A DNA stretch of 64,000 nt. It comes from Amphiscolops sp. MND2022 (taxonomy: Eukaryota). The stretch is taken from positions 85,810,001-85,874,000 of the forward strand of contig OZ076409.1 of assembly GCA_964187785.1 (NCBI GenBank). Direction: 5' to 3'. Shown here piece after piece: positions 1 to 12,895 of the stretch; position 1 is the stretch's first letter; each line of letters opens with the position of its first letter. The notes under the pieces are model-generated. The model searched no databases. It had not been told where the DNA came from and saw only the letters and a list, made by a program, of their open reading frames with translations. The position numbers and the translations under genes are program-made.

Positions 1-263
1 TGAAGAAGAAAAAAGAGAAAGATGCCGAACAAGGCACACCGACCCAGAAGAAAACCTATCCCAAATGCGGCATGACTTGTGGCAAGAGCAACCACTCAGA
101 GGAACGATGTTGGCAGGGTGCCGGCGCGCATCTTAAACCTAAGAGCACCAGGCCCGAGGATTCATCTGATAATGATCCCGGTTCAAAAGCTTCAAAACCC
201 CACCATAACGCAACATCGTCCAACTCCCAGTCTTCATCCAAGAAAGACGACTCAAAAAACTAG
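1..263 (+). pseudogene. gag: Gag C-terminus with zinc knuckle (Gypsy A)
   Basis: Reads CGMTCGKSNHSEERCWQG, a degenerate Cx2Cx4Hx4C. It resembles CETCGKMHKTENCWDG of element C at ~36.35-36.4 kb (-). Confidence 0.75.
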
Positions 264-730
264 CTTCGCCACGACTCCAATACAACCAACTTATCTCTGC
301 CCGACAATACATCAAATCGGACTCTCCAACAAAAACTTCTCATGATTATAAACAACAATTGATGGGCTATTTCGCAGTTGTCAGGAAGCAGCAGTTGGAA
401 AAAGCTACCATTATTACTTATAATAACAGTGATTTGTATCAAAAACCAATCCCTGTTTAGGACCGTGATTACCCAACAACGTTCACGACCCAATTCAGGC
501 CCATCCCAATGATCGATGATTACAACCCAACATACATTGATCCGGATTACGGCAGAGATCCCTATGGGGACAATGAGATTTACATGTAAGACTTACTACA
601 ATTCCAATATGTCATATACGACATCGACCACTATAACACAACAGTCCACGAAAACTCTCCAATAAACTATAACAAGAAGGCAAGAGCGTTGATAGAAAAA
701 TGGCAGATGAATTAGGGTACCAACCATCCA

Positions 731-3700
731 GTGTTCCTAAACCCTTTGGGAACCGAGGATCACGATAACAACGCTGAGACGACCCCACAATCACTATTAG
801 ACGAGAAACAATTCCAAAATGTCCTCATTACCAAAGATGGAGAGCCAGACTGTTTACCGCTTACCACCAATGTAAACCTCAAATGCAAGGGGCGTATGGT
901 GTATTTCCCAATGGACTTTGGGGAAGTGACCATAGACAGCCTACTTCACACTGGAGCATTATCGAGTGCAATTCCTGAAATGGACTCCCGGAAAACTCGA
1001 GTCCTTTCTCCACAATCTTTTATCCGAGAGGGTCCGCCTCCAAACTTACAAATCATGGTTGCAAATGTGCCTAGAAACTCCAAAGAGTACTATAAAGCTC
1101 AAATTTGAGGTTGGTGACATCAAGTTCTATAAAATCTTCATAGTAATGGAGAATTTGACAGAACCAATTATGGGACTGATGTTCCATCAGCGAAACCATA
1201 CAGTTCTGGACATGAGACAAAGAATTTTGAATTTCCCTTTCTTTTCAATGTAGCTCAAAACAGCTGATCACCGATACTCCAATGACTGGGAGCCAATCCT
1301 CAATCATACAGAAACAACCATTTCAACGAACGACAGAGCCCTAATCAGGACGAATTCCTTACTGTATCCTGAGAATGCGGTCACTGGCATACTACAACCA
1401 AGCGACCTTCTACACGGAGAAAGCGACATCACCTTTTGCCCAGCTTTGGTCAGACTGAATGAAGGCAATATATCGATACTTGTGAATAACTTCACGGATC
1501 ACCCTTATAAACTCAAAAAAGGACTCCATATTGCTAAGTTCTCTGTTCTGAAGCCAGAACCAATGGAATACGTCAAACCGGTTGATCCGGCATCGACCAG
1601 GCATCTCATACAAAACGATCAAGACCAGGCAGCCCATTATGTCAGTAGCATCAACAAGACCAATAAAAATCCTCAAAGCTCGGAGAATTATTGGTTCCTA
1701 ACTCCTGAAAACCCATGCAACCCAGACGAATATACACCAATCCAGAAAAAGATATTACGGGAACTACAGCCCCTACAGGACCTAGAGACCCTTGATCCTA
1801 CTAGAGATGAAGAATCTTGAAGAAAATTTATAGAAAATTTTAATTGCAAAGACTCCACTATAACAACTGACAAAAAACAGAAAATTGAGGAATTATTAGT
1901 GGAATTCAATGATGTTTTCGCAAGACAGAGATTCGACATAGGCATGAACGAGGAGTTCAAGGTGAAACTTACTCCCAAGGCGGATTCCCCAGCCTACAGT
2001 CAGAGCCTCCCAGCACCAATAAACTTAAAGGAGGACCAATTAGCCATGTTGCACAAATATGGAACAATCACTACGCTGTCATTTTCGAAGTACGCCAAGC
2101 CAATAATTGCCCAGAAGAAACCAAATGGGAAACTACGCCTACTGATTGACTTGAGGAACATAAACAAACTAATTTGGGACGGTTACATGAACAACAATCA
2201 TCCTGTCAGCACACTTGTCGACGCCGCCTAACACATGGCAGGCAAAAAAATGTTTCGCCAACTAGACTGTTCGCAGGCATATCATTGCCTCCAGATGGCT
2301 GACCAACGATCAATCGAGATGTTGGCATTCAAGTTTGCTAGTCGCACATTTGCCTACAGACGTTTGGCACAATGCCTTAGTCGGTCACTGTCCGAATTTT
2401 CGAGCATTACTAGGGAAAACCTTGACAAAGTCATTAAAGCGAATCAGTATGCCCAATTTGTGGACGACATCGGCATCACAGCAAATGATGCTGATCGCCT
2501 CATTGCCAACCTGAGAGCAACATTCAAATGCATTCAGGAAGCAGGCCTTAAATTAACGATGCACAAATGTCGCTTTGGTGCTTCAGAAATTGATTTACTT
2601 GGACGAATAATTACCCCACAGGGCGTCAAACCCAGAAACATAACGTACAGAACTTCCTCAAAAACACCAAATTTCCGAAGTCGAAAACGCTTTGCAACGT
2701 TGTTTGGGATTTTTAAACTACTATAGAAACTATGTCCCAAGACTGTCCGAACGCCTTGCTCCATTCTACAAGATGCTGAAAAGTGACGAAAAAATTCTAG
2801 TATCGAAAGAATTGTTCCAACAATTTGAGGAAATCAACAAAGCACTGGACAAGTGCTGCGACCTGGCCCTACAGCACACTATTTCAAATAAACAAATCGC
2901 AATAATGACGGACGCGAGTTTTGGTGCAGCTGGATACGCAGTTATAATTGAAAACGACCCGAATCAGAAATTCACATTACTTCGAAATTCAAATGCACCG
3001 GTCTCTTATGGTTCAAAAACCTTCACCCCAGCTCAGATAAAGATGTCCATCTACGCAAAAGAATTCCTTGCAATCTGTTTTGCATTCAAAGAGTGCGGAT
3101 ATATTTTCTGGGGTGCGCCGAAACCGGTCATTATCCTAACTGACAAAAAAGCCGTCACCCAATGTTTCCAAAAGAAACTTGTACCCCCAACCCTGTGAAA
3201 TGCTTGCGATTGTGTAATACAATTTAATTTTGTCATAACGCACATCCCAGGAGCACAGAACACAGCGGCAGTTTACTTGTCCCGAAGGACAAATTGGTCA
3301 TGAAAATCAAAGAGGACGTACAAACTGTTTCGATTGAAATGAATGTCCAATTGACAGGAGTCTCACAAGAAGAACAAATCTTCTACACAAACGGTGATGA
3401 TGAGACAGAAGAACAGTATTGGGCGAGGAAAGAAGCAATCAAGAGAAATCCCGCCACAGAAGACCCCACTGTAACAATACACACACAGTCTACAAATTTG
3501 GTCAAACAACAACCCGAAATGCAAGTCCGATTTCGGAAGACGAACCAGATAATGATTGAGCAATCCAAAGAGGCAGTACTACAACAATTGAAGGCAAAAA
3601 TCCTTCATGAGGGATATTCAGAAAACGTACGGCAACAGGACGCTCGATACAAGAATTATGAAATAATCTAGAACGGATTGTATTGAAGGAAGAAATCCTG

Positions 3701-5397
3701 ACCAGGCATTACTTCGACGAAAGAGGGAATGTAAAAAACCATCAAATTCAACTCTCGCAGCACTTGCTTCAGGAATGGCTTCAGTCCCTTCATGGGAATG
3801 CACATAAGCACCCTGGCTTTTCAAAGATGTTACAAGAGAACAGGCAAAAGTATTATTACCCTAGCAAGGCGAAGAATGTTAAAAAGTGGGTAGAAAGGTG
3901 TGAGCAATGCGCAAGACACAAACGAGTCCCTAATGCAACTATCACACCTGAACTACTTAACTTATCCACTTATTCCCAAATTTTCCCCCAAGTGGAGTAT
4001 ATGAAAATGTTCTAACTGCAATTGATGTCTTCTCTCGATATCTGTTCGCTTATCCTCTTACGGACGCATCAGCAATCAATGTGGCAAAAAGGCTCATTGA
4101 CATTATGACTCAACATGCGTATCTACCAACAACGCTCATTACCGACAAAGGAACTGCATTCACTTTCACGATTATCGCGGAAATTACGCAAATTTTGGGA
4201 ATTACACTCAAATATGTAACGTCTAAACATCCGCAAGCAATCGGGAATCTGGAGCGAAGACATGCTTAATCAAAGACGAACCTAAAAATGGCAAGTAGGG
4301 AATATCGCCAACAATGGCATGAGTATTTGCCATTATTAGTTCTGAATCACAAGACCAGTTACCATGCAAGTATTGGTTGTGAACCAACAAGAGTATTCCA
4401 TGGACGAGTTCCATACAAAATCTTGGATCACAAGCTGGGAAATAATTCAAACGAACAGATCACTCCCACAAGCGAATTTGCAGAAAAAATCCAGAATCAG
4501 ACAAAACGCCCAATTAACAAAACAAAGCACAATATAATGCAGTCTTACGTCAAATACAAGGAATACTTTGACCGCAAAGCAAAGCGGCTCCACTCAAGGA
4601 AAACCTTTACTGTTTTGTACTGCAGCCAAAAACGAATCATCAAGGATCAAAGATTGCATTCGGAGATTACCAATGGGTTGGACCATTTATAGTCCAAAAA
4701 GTTTTAACTAACGAGAATTACATCGTCCGCCGACTCAACACAAATAAAACTCAAATATTGCATCGAATTTGCCTCAAAAAGCTTATTCCCAATCAACCGC
4801 TTGAGGACAAATTCCGAGAAGAGCGATTACAGCCAGATGAAGAAATTGTCATTCCGCAAGACAATTTATACACAGTAACGTGGGACACGAACTTTGGTGA
4901 ACAGCTAGCAACACAAGGCAATGAGCCTATCCCGACAAGCTTGTCGAATGGCGAACGGCAGAGTACGGCAGAAGCAAGTTCAAGTGAGCACACGAGAACG
5001 AAACGGATTATGTAATCACAAGAGACGAATCAAATGATTCTGCCGCCGCGAAACGTAGCCGAACTGAAAGATTAAATAATGACGTCAGCAAAAGAAATGA
5101 ACTAGTGAAGCTGCTAGAAGTGAATACTCTGATTGGCAGAATCCGGCCGTTTCCCCCAACAATAAAGAAAAATCCTCGCTGAATCTGAGCGAAAAACTGT
5201 GAAAAGACGCAAATTTGTCTGAAAGAAATTCCACTAATGAAAACGATGCACAAAATTCTCCAAAAGAAGGAGATGATCTTATCGTGCCCGAAAAATCTCA
5301 AGGCGATGCTAGAAATGAAAGTCTGAGCCCTAGAGGAGGAAAATATAATCTCAGGCCTAACCCTAATCTAACCTACTCAGAAGACTTTAGATACTTA
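731..5397 (+). pseudogene. pol: Pol polyprotein pseudogene (protease, dUTPase-like spacer, RT, RNase H, integrase) of Gypsy A
   Basis: PR: IDSLLHTGALSSAI. RT: KPNGKLRLLIDLR, LDCSQAYH, QFVDDIGI. RNase H: MTDASFGAAG, YAKEFLAI. IN: H...HPG...C..C, LITDKGTAFT, HPQAIGNLER, GPF. Tail GGKYNLRPNPN. Many stops and frameshifts. Confidence 0.95.
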
Positions 5398-7798
5398 GAA
5401 TTGAATTCTTCCCGAAAATGGGAATTTTTTTCTTTTTATCATTCAATTTTTGGCCCCTTTTCTATTATCTTGAATAAATCATGAGGCGTTTCAAAGGATC
5501 CCTTCCAAACAAATAACATGGGATCAAGAAATCGAGACAGAAGCAAATTGATATCAACAAATAAATACAGAAAGAAACCAATCAACAAAAGATTACAGTT
5601 TCAAGATATAAATAAAGACATATGTACATTTAGTCTTTAGTACTCGAACGCGAGCTTCCCTTCACTGTCGAAGGACCAGGGGACGCAACAAGACTGACAC
5701 TCTGACGCTTCTTTTTGGACTTGCTAGGAACCTTCAAGGGAAACTCATCAGCAACGGATGAAACATCGCCTGAAGCCATGCGGACAGTACCTGTTTTCGG
5801 ACCGGATATAACAATCTTGAAAGTAGATAGCAGAGACTTGAAGATAACAGATCGACCAAAAGAATCCACATAGGTCCAAGGATCGTACTCGGAACTGTAC
5901 GCTGACTTGTCGAAATCACTCGCTAGCAGGGAGAATTAACTCAAACATTGGTCACTGACGCAGCATGAGACTCAACCGGGGACATTGACGAGGTAATTCT
6001 GACAAAGGAAGAACAACGTCGGTGAAACGCCCCTGATGCTCGTGAGTACTGTTGTTACCAATGGTGACAGCAGGAAGTTGAGAAAAGGGACTGGTGATAC
6101 ACAAGCATCATACCCTGAACAGGTGGAACAGATTGGTGCGCGAACGTAAAAACTCAATTCCCTTGGGAATCTCGACCAAATCCTTGGATACACAGAGGAT
6201 GTCAAAGTCGTCAGAACAAGCAACGCGAAGGTGATCCATAAGTCCCAAGTACTCGTCTCGGTAGATAAATTTGGTGTCAGCAGTTACCCAAGAGCGCAAG
6301 TGGAAGGTGTTGTATAACAACTCGAAGTGACGTAAATCAGTACCTGGCGGCCGTTTGAATAGCAACAACAGGGTCAAAAGCGGCAAGCCCTTTGATGATG
6401 TGGGTATTGAGCCCGACCTAGCTGAGCAAGCCATCCAACAAGTAGCCAATGTACTTGAGCGCGTCTGTGGTGAATTCCTCTTGGAGATGTTTGGCTGTTT
6501 TCTGAATTGCTGCCAGCTCACTCTTTTTCCCTGAGTGCAACCCTTCTGGTTTCTGTTTGCAGGCGGTGGCAACTATGCCGAGTGAGAAACTCATCCCCGT
6601 CCATAAAAGTCCCATCCGTAGACTTGAAAGAAAGCAGATCAAGCCAGGATCCTTCCGAAGGAATAGTGTCAGGAGTGAAGGCTCGAGAACAGATTTGGTG
6701 CACAAAGCAGCTGGCCTCTCCGCATGGATAAAAAGAGGCATCGGCGTTGGGAAAAATTGATGGAGAAACTGAATACGTCTACAAACACAGAAATACGTCC
6801 TAAACAGCACACTTCCTCAAGCCCCCACCTGATAATGAGATACTAACAATCACTTTGTTTGGAGAAGAAGTCTAACTTGATGACGAAGAACTCATCGCAT
6901 ATGAGTGACCACTCAAAGCTTTGTACCTGAAATAGGAGGAGTTCTTTTAATGGGGGAAATTCAGTTGCTCCAAAGACCTAGTTGGGACAAAGACTGAAAG
7001 TTATGTGAAGTGGTACACCGGGAAAACAAACAAAATGTAATTACTTACTCTACTCCGTACGCATTGTCCTTGTTGCCGAGGTGCTTGTATCGTTAGGAGT
7101 CTCTGTACGGCTTTCCATTCACGAATGGGTTGCAGACAGAGGGCTGGTAGGGTCAGAATATCCAGTTTGCAAGTACAAATGCCCTAAACCGAAGAAGTAT
7201 AATTTGGACTGATGCTTTATCATTAACCCGTGACCCTTTTTGATCCCACCCTAACCGCCCCAGTTCACAACCTAAGACATGCCTATACAACACAAAGAAA
7301 AGGATTACTTACATTAGCCAACTCAGGACTTCGCATCGCCCACTCCTATGTAAGGGAGCCTCCCAGGGAGATCATAAGACCCCTGAGGACTGAAAAGTAG
7401 TCAATGTACCCGAAGACGGAGTAGCTAGTCTCGTGCATTAGGGTTTCCAAAGAGAGCTGACCAAACCGGAAACAGGACTGGACATCTTTTGAGAAATACT
7501 CCGACTGGTTAGTCACACGGACGAAATCAGCTGGGCATCCCGAGCTGGCGACCACGTCTACTCTAGTGGACACTGCAGACAACAATCGCGCAAGCGATCC
7601 AAGTTCTCCATTCGGATTAGGGGAAGGAAGTCTACTGCGGCAAACAAAGACACTGCACAGGTCGTCCTCGTTCCAGTACCTGAAGGTCATGAACCGATAA
7701 GCTCCCACGTCCTCAAATTCGAGCCCAAAGCACTGTTCTTTTGCAACGTGATAAGCTATGTTGTCCAGAGCACTGTTGAAGATGTAATGAAATATGAC

Positions 7799-7877
7799 CT
7801 GGAAAGGATAAAAGATAATCAATCCCTGTACGAGCTATAACTACCTAGAGTGCCAAACTGTGGAAAATAATTCTTAC
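7799..7877 (-). other. Spliceosomal GT-AG intron (79 nt) in the antisense gene
   Basis: Minus strand ACT|GTAAGAA...TTTTATCCTTTCCAG|GTC. The phase-0 join gives ...WSEERFT|VIFHYIFNSALD..., linking ORFs 7845-8507 and 7346-7822. Confidence 0.7.
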
Positions 7878-10066
7878 AGTAAATCTCTCTTCACTCCAGT
7901 CGAAGTCACACAGTTCAGCCCGGAAATCAGTATACGAGCTGACTTTTGCCCATACGTTCCGTAGAAGCTGCAAATCACCGTTGCTCTGAAGATAATCGGC
8001 AGTGACGCACAGCTGTGTTTTTGCCCGTGAAACAGGAGTAACTAGTGGCTCTGCTCTGCCCCTAAGGAAATCCTCATAAAAGGGAACTCGTTCGCCTATA
8101 CCCACCAATTCAGAGTCTATAAAATGGGAAAGTTCTTTGGCTAACTCTAGCTTGTTCAAGATTCGTCCATCCCGTCCTCTGACTCGGTGCTGAACTCGCT
8201 TTGTGACAAGATCTACGCTCTTCAAATACTCGTAGCGCCAGCGTTGGTCTTTACGCAAATGTTTCTTGGTCCTGTGATGACGCAATGTCTCCTCTGGTCC
8301 TTTGGTAGAACAGTTACTTTTACGGATACGGCACCAAACCATATATGGATTATGCAAGGGGTCTGCCGGTCTCGAGATGAAAGACCGGGTCCACCCAAAT
8401 TTTGAAAAGAATTCTTCTCTCATTGGAACCCCTCGCTTCTTCACTCTCTTCTTTTTTTCTGGCCTGTTTTCCTTTGGAGCTGGAAAACGTCTTCTCTGCA
8501 ATGGCATGCTCTCTCACTTGCGACAAAGTTTTATCTTGACAACTAGTGTCACTGGCCTCAGGATTCTCCCTGGTGGAGAAGGGTTCCTTCAAACTGTGGA
8601 AATAAAACTTACAGTAAGTCTCTCTGCACTCCAGTCAAAGTCGTCACACAGTTCAGCCCGGAAATTAGTATACGAGCTGACTCTTGCCAATACGTTCCGT
8701 AGAAGCTGCAAATCACCGTTGCTCTGAAGATAATCGGCAGTGACGTACAACTGTGTTTTTGCCCGTGAATCAGGAGTAACTAGTGGCTCTGCTCTGCCCT
8801 TAAGGAAATCCTCATAAAAGGGAAATCGTTCGCCTATATCCACCATTTTAGAATGTATAAAATGGGAAAGTTCTTCAGCTAACTCTAGTTTGTTCAACAT
8901 TCGTCCATCCCGTCCTCTGACTCGGTGCTGAACTCGCTTTGTGGCAAGATCTACGCTCTTCAAATACTCGTAGCGCCAGCGTTGGTCTTTACGCAAATGT
9001 TTCTTGGTCCTGTGATGACGCAATGTCTCCTCTGGTCCTTTGGTAGAACAGTTACTTTTACAGATATGGCATCAAACCATATATGGATTATGCAATGGGT
9101 CTGCCGGTCCCGAGATGAAAGACCGGGTCCACCCAAATTTTGAAAAGAATTCTTCTCTCATTGGAACTCCTCGCTTCTTCAGTCTCTTCCTTTTTTCTGG
9201 CCTGTTTTCCTTTGGAGCTGGAAAACGTCTTCTCTGCAATGGCATGCTCTCTCACTTGCGACAAAGTTTCATCTGGACAACTACTGTCACTGGCCTCAGG
9301 ATTCTCCCTGGTGGAGAAGGGTTCCTCCAAACTGTGGAAATAATACTTACAGTAAATCTCTCTTCACTCCAGTCAAAGTCACACAGTTCAGCTCGGAAAT
9401 TAGTATACGAGCTGACTCTTGCCAATACGTTCCGTAGAAGCTGCAAATCACCGTTGCTCTGAAGATAATCGGCAGTGACGCACAACTGTGTTTTTGCCTG
9501 TGAATCAGGAGTAACTAGTGGCTCTGCTCTGCCCTTAAGGAAATCCTCATAAAAGGGAACTCGTTCGCCTATATCCACCAATTCAGAGTGTATAAAATGG
9601 GGAGGGTTCTTTAGCTTACTCTAGCTCGATCAACATTCGTCCATCCCGTCCTCTGACTCGGTGCTGAACTCGCTTCGTGACAAGATCTACGCTCTTCAAA
9701 TACTCGTAGCGCCAGTGTTGGTCTTTACGCAAATGGTTTCTTGGTCCTGTGATGACGCAATGTCTCCTCTGGTCCTTTGGTAGAACAGTTACTTTTACAG
9801 ATATGGAACCAAACCAAATTTGGATTATGCAATGGGTCTGCCGGTCCCGATGAAAGACCGGGTCCACCCAAATTTTGAAAAAAATTCTTCTCTCATTGGA
9901 TTTCCTCGCTTCTTCACTCTCTTGTTTTTTCCTGGCCTGTTTTCCACTGGAGCTGGAAAACGTCTTCTCTGCAATGGCATGCTCTCTCACTTGGGAGAAA
10001 GTTCCATCTTGACAACTAGTGTCACTGGCCTCAGGATTCTCCCTGGTAGAGAAGGGTTCCTCCAAA
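7854..10066. repeat. Tandem triplication of a ~737 bp unit
   Basis: Units start with caaactgtggaaa at 7854, 8590 and 9328. Near-identical peptides recur (KDQRWRYEYLKSVDL; EPFSTRENPEASD). Confidence 0.95.
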
Positions 10067-12895
10067 GATCTATCTTGGCCCACTTGACTAGAGGTTATAG
10101 GTCTCGTGAAATTCTGTTCAATCAAGGCCATCTCCCCTGCACTGTCTGATTCTTCATGAAACATTGAATCGCCTGTTTCATCTCCAGCGCTAACTTCTTC
10201 GGTAAACGGGTCATGAGTGGCGGGAGTTGTAGATCCTTCAGAGTCGGTTCCACTGCTATGGCTTGGGAAAGGAGTCCTAGACCGTTTGAAAGTCTTGAGG
10301 TGTTCCTTACATGATTCAGATGTCGCTGGGGTTCCTTTAACAGCCGATATCACCATGTGTTTCATAGTGTTATAAGACATGCTTACAGTCTCATTTTTCA
10401 GTACCCTGAGGAGATGGTACAATTGTGCCTCAGTGAACGCTACTGTAGGTTGGCCTTGTGGCAAAGAGAAAGGCTGGGCGTCATCGAAATACTGTTTTAG
10501 AGTTGCCCTAGTCCATCCTGACAAGCATATAATTTCAAACTTGTAGCCCCAAGATGTGAAGATGATGTTCCTGTGCGCTGTGTATGTCTGATGCTTAACT
10601 CAATCTCTTGCGCCTCATCAGTGGCTGACTCAATGCTCCTCAATGTATCCTTGTAGCCGTACAAATCGACTTGCTGGTCATTACTCTCGTCTGGCTGATC
10701 TGAGAGCTACCCAAAGTCGGAGGTGTATGCCGTCTTGGTAGTGGTTCCAAGCAATGGAGGGGCATCCTGTTGTAGTCATCATGTCGTTGGAGGAAAGAGG
10801 CCTTGTTTGTCTCACCTACGTGTCCCCCAACAGGCAGCAATTCTGGCAAAGTCGTCCCGGGTGGGTTAACGACCTCAAAGCCTGACTACGGTCTGTGACA
10901 GTCTCTCCTAAGTCAACGTGAGGTATTGGTGTGCTAGTCCTGGCAGATGGAAACTGAGCCGGAAAATCAATTCCTTGAAAGGGTTCAATGGTGTTCTCCT
11001 GCTCAATCTGTTCGCCTTCTTCTGAGATTCCGAGATTAGACAATTGAGACCCCTGCAATCGCTCAACCATCTCATTAGCATATGTAGTGACGTTGACGTT
11101 GCTGTCCGCACTGAATGGAGAATCAACGGCAGTAGATTACACCAGATTTGGGGCAATGAGTGTCTGGTCTCCAGTGGGACGTTCCTGAGGTTCTGTCAAA
11201 GGATCTATCGGACTAACCAGGGGATTGGCCGTCCGAGACGGAGCTCTTATCGGTGGAAAAGGGGGTTTTTTAGGAACTGGATTCGAGGTCGGGTTGTAGA
11301 CAGGAGTGAGAACTGATTCCTGTACGGACCCAGCAGGAAAGCCCAAGACAATGTTAGTTTGATCTTGATTCTCTAAATAAAAAGGAATGAAATTTGGCGG
11401 TGAGCTTCCTTGAAAGAATTCCATTTTGCCGCATTAGAAATATTCCGGAAGTATTTTGAAAATTTGGACGAAACGTGTTGTCACATGTTCTCTGATGGAA
11501 ACAGGAAGCACCTTGTCAACAATATTTACCCCTGATCAAGTTAAATTAGTTCAAAATGAAAATCCCAACCAACCTGTGCCAGGAGACATTCCGCAGTGAT
11601 TAATTAATCCTCCGGGTAGCAGTCCTTAATCGGCTGATGAAGTTGTGGGGAATGGGCCGATTTCGGCTGAAGAAGAAAATGATGCTGGATAAATCCTCTG
11701 AAGAAGTCACCAACGCAGTTGAAGACCCAGATAGGTGGATGAAGTAATGAAGATTACAAAAGAACACAATTGTAAAGAATTGGATATTATTCAAATTCAA
11801 AAGTTGGAGATCGTGGCTGAAGAAAAATCCCAGACTAAAAATTTATGGTTATCTACATATTCAAAATTGTACATGGAGTATTCCAGCGAAGTGTACAGGA
11901 AATCTTCCGTTATTTACAGTTTAGTTAATTGAGGCAGTTACGGCCGTTCACCCTAGTTCATTTTGCCCATTTGTTCCATTATCCTAGTTATTCTCAATTT
12001 GAATTTTCGCCAAATTTAGTTATTCAGAATTATTATTTTACGCCATTCTGTTATTCATTTTTCAATTTTATCGAAGCCTAATCCTGATTGGGTAAGGCCA
12101 TTTCAGCGGAGATTGCTGACTTGTGCCGTTAATTGCGCCTGAGCGACCCGTAATTACCCACTCGAGGGTATTACGCAAGTGTATTTGATGTTAACAACTA
12201 GAGCGTCGTTTACACCTCTTCTGATGACGGTATTGAGGAGGGGTAAACATCACTATATCAGTGACTGCCGACTTTCGATGGAATTCCATTCTGGAAAAGT
12301 TACGTCAGATCAAGACGATTAACCGAAGTTTTAGCCGCCGAATTGAGATTACCGGAAAAAGGCCCGATTCGGCTTTCTCCAAAAATGTTAGTAAATTCAT
12401 TCCACTCTGATGTTTTGCCTAGCTCAGCCGCATTTATTAAAGCAAAATTGCAAAGAAAATAATCAAGCAAAGATTCAACCTCTCAAGGAAACGTTGATTC
12501 CGGAGAGCGAAGCTCTGAGGGATCTGCTGACTCAGAGATATACATCTCTAGTGACAGAGAAGAAGAAGTATCGGACCTCAGTCTGGTCTACGGACACAGA
12601 GGCAGTGACCAAAAGAATTGAAAGGGAAGGGAAATCGAGCCCAAGTTTGATCGGAGGACGCATCATGACTACAGAGGGGCTAGACGACGAGATGAAAGCG
12701 GGACCAAGTAACCCACAGCCAATTTCGTCCTCTACCCCAAGTTAGGTTTTCAATACTTTGACAAAAAACTGTGCTATGCGCCCTCCGGGAAGCCAAAGAA
12801 AACCAAGATGGAACTCTGCAGTGCTATTCTTTCGGACTTAGAGTCTCCTACGTCACCCCCAGAGCACGAAAAAAAGCCCTCTCAGGGCGCCCTTT

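Larger units (their letters stand above)
5972..11424 (-). pseudogene. Antisense, intron-containing accessory gene of Gypsy A; BED/TTF-like Zn finger plus hAT-transposase-like core
   Basis: Chain of minus ORFs: 11137-11424, 9616-10524, 7845-8507, 7346-7822, 6108-6810. Zn finger FSKFGWTRSF...MVWC..CK...TKG...LRHHRTKKH. Core FGLEFEDVGAYRFMTFRYWNED. C-terminal IIKGLAAFDP...RDEY. GT-AG intron at 7799-7877. Confidence 0.6.
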
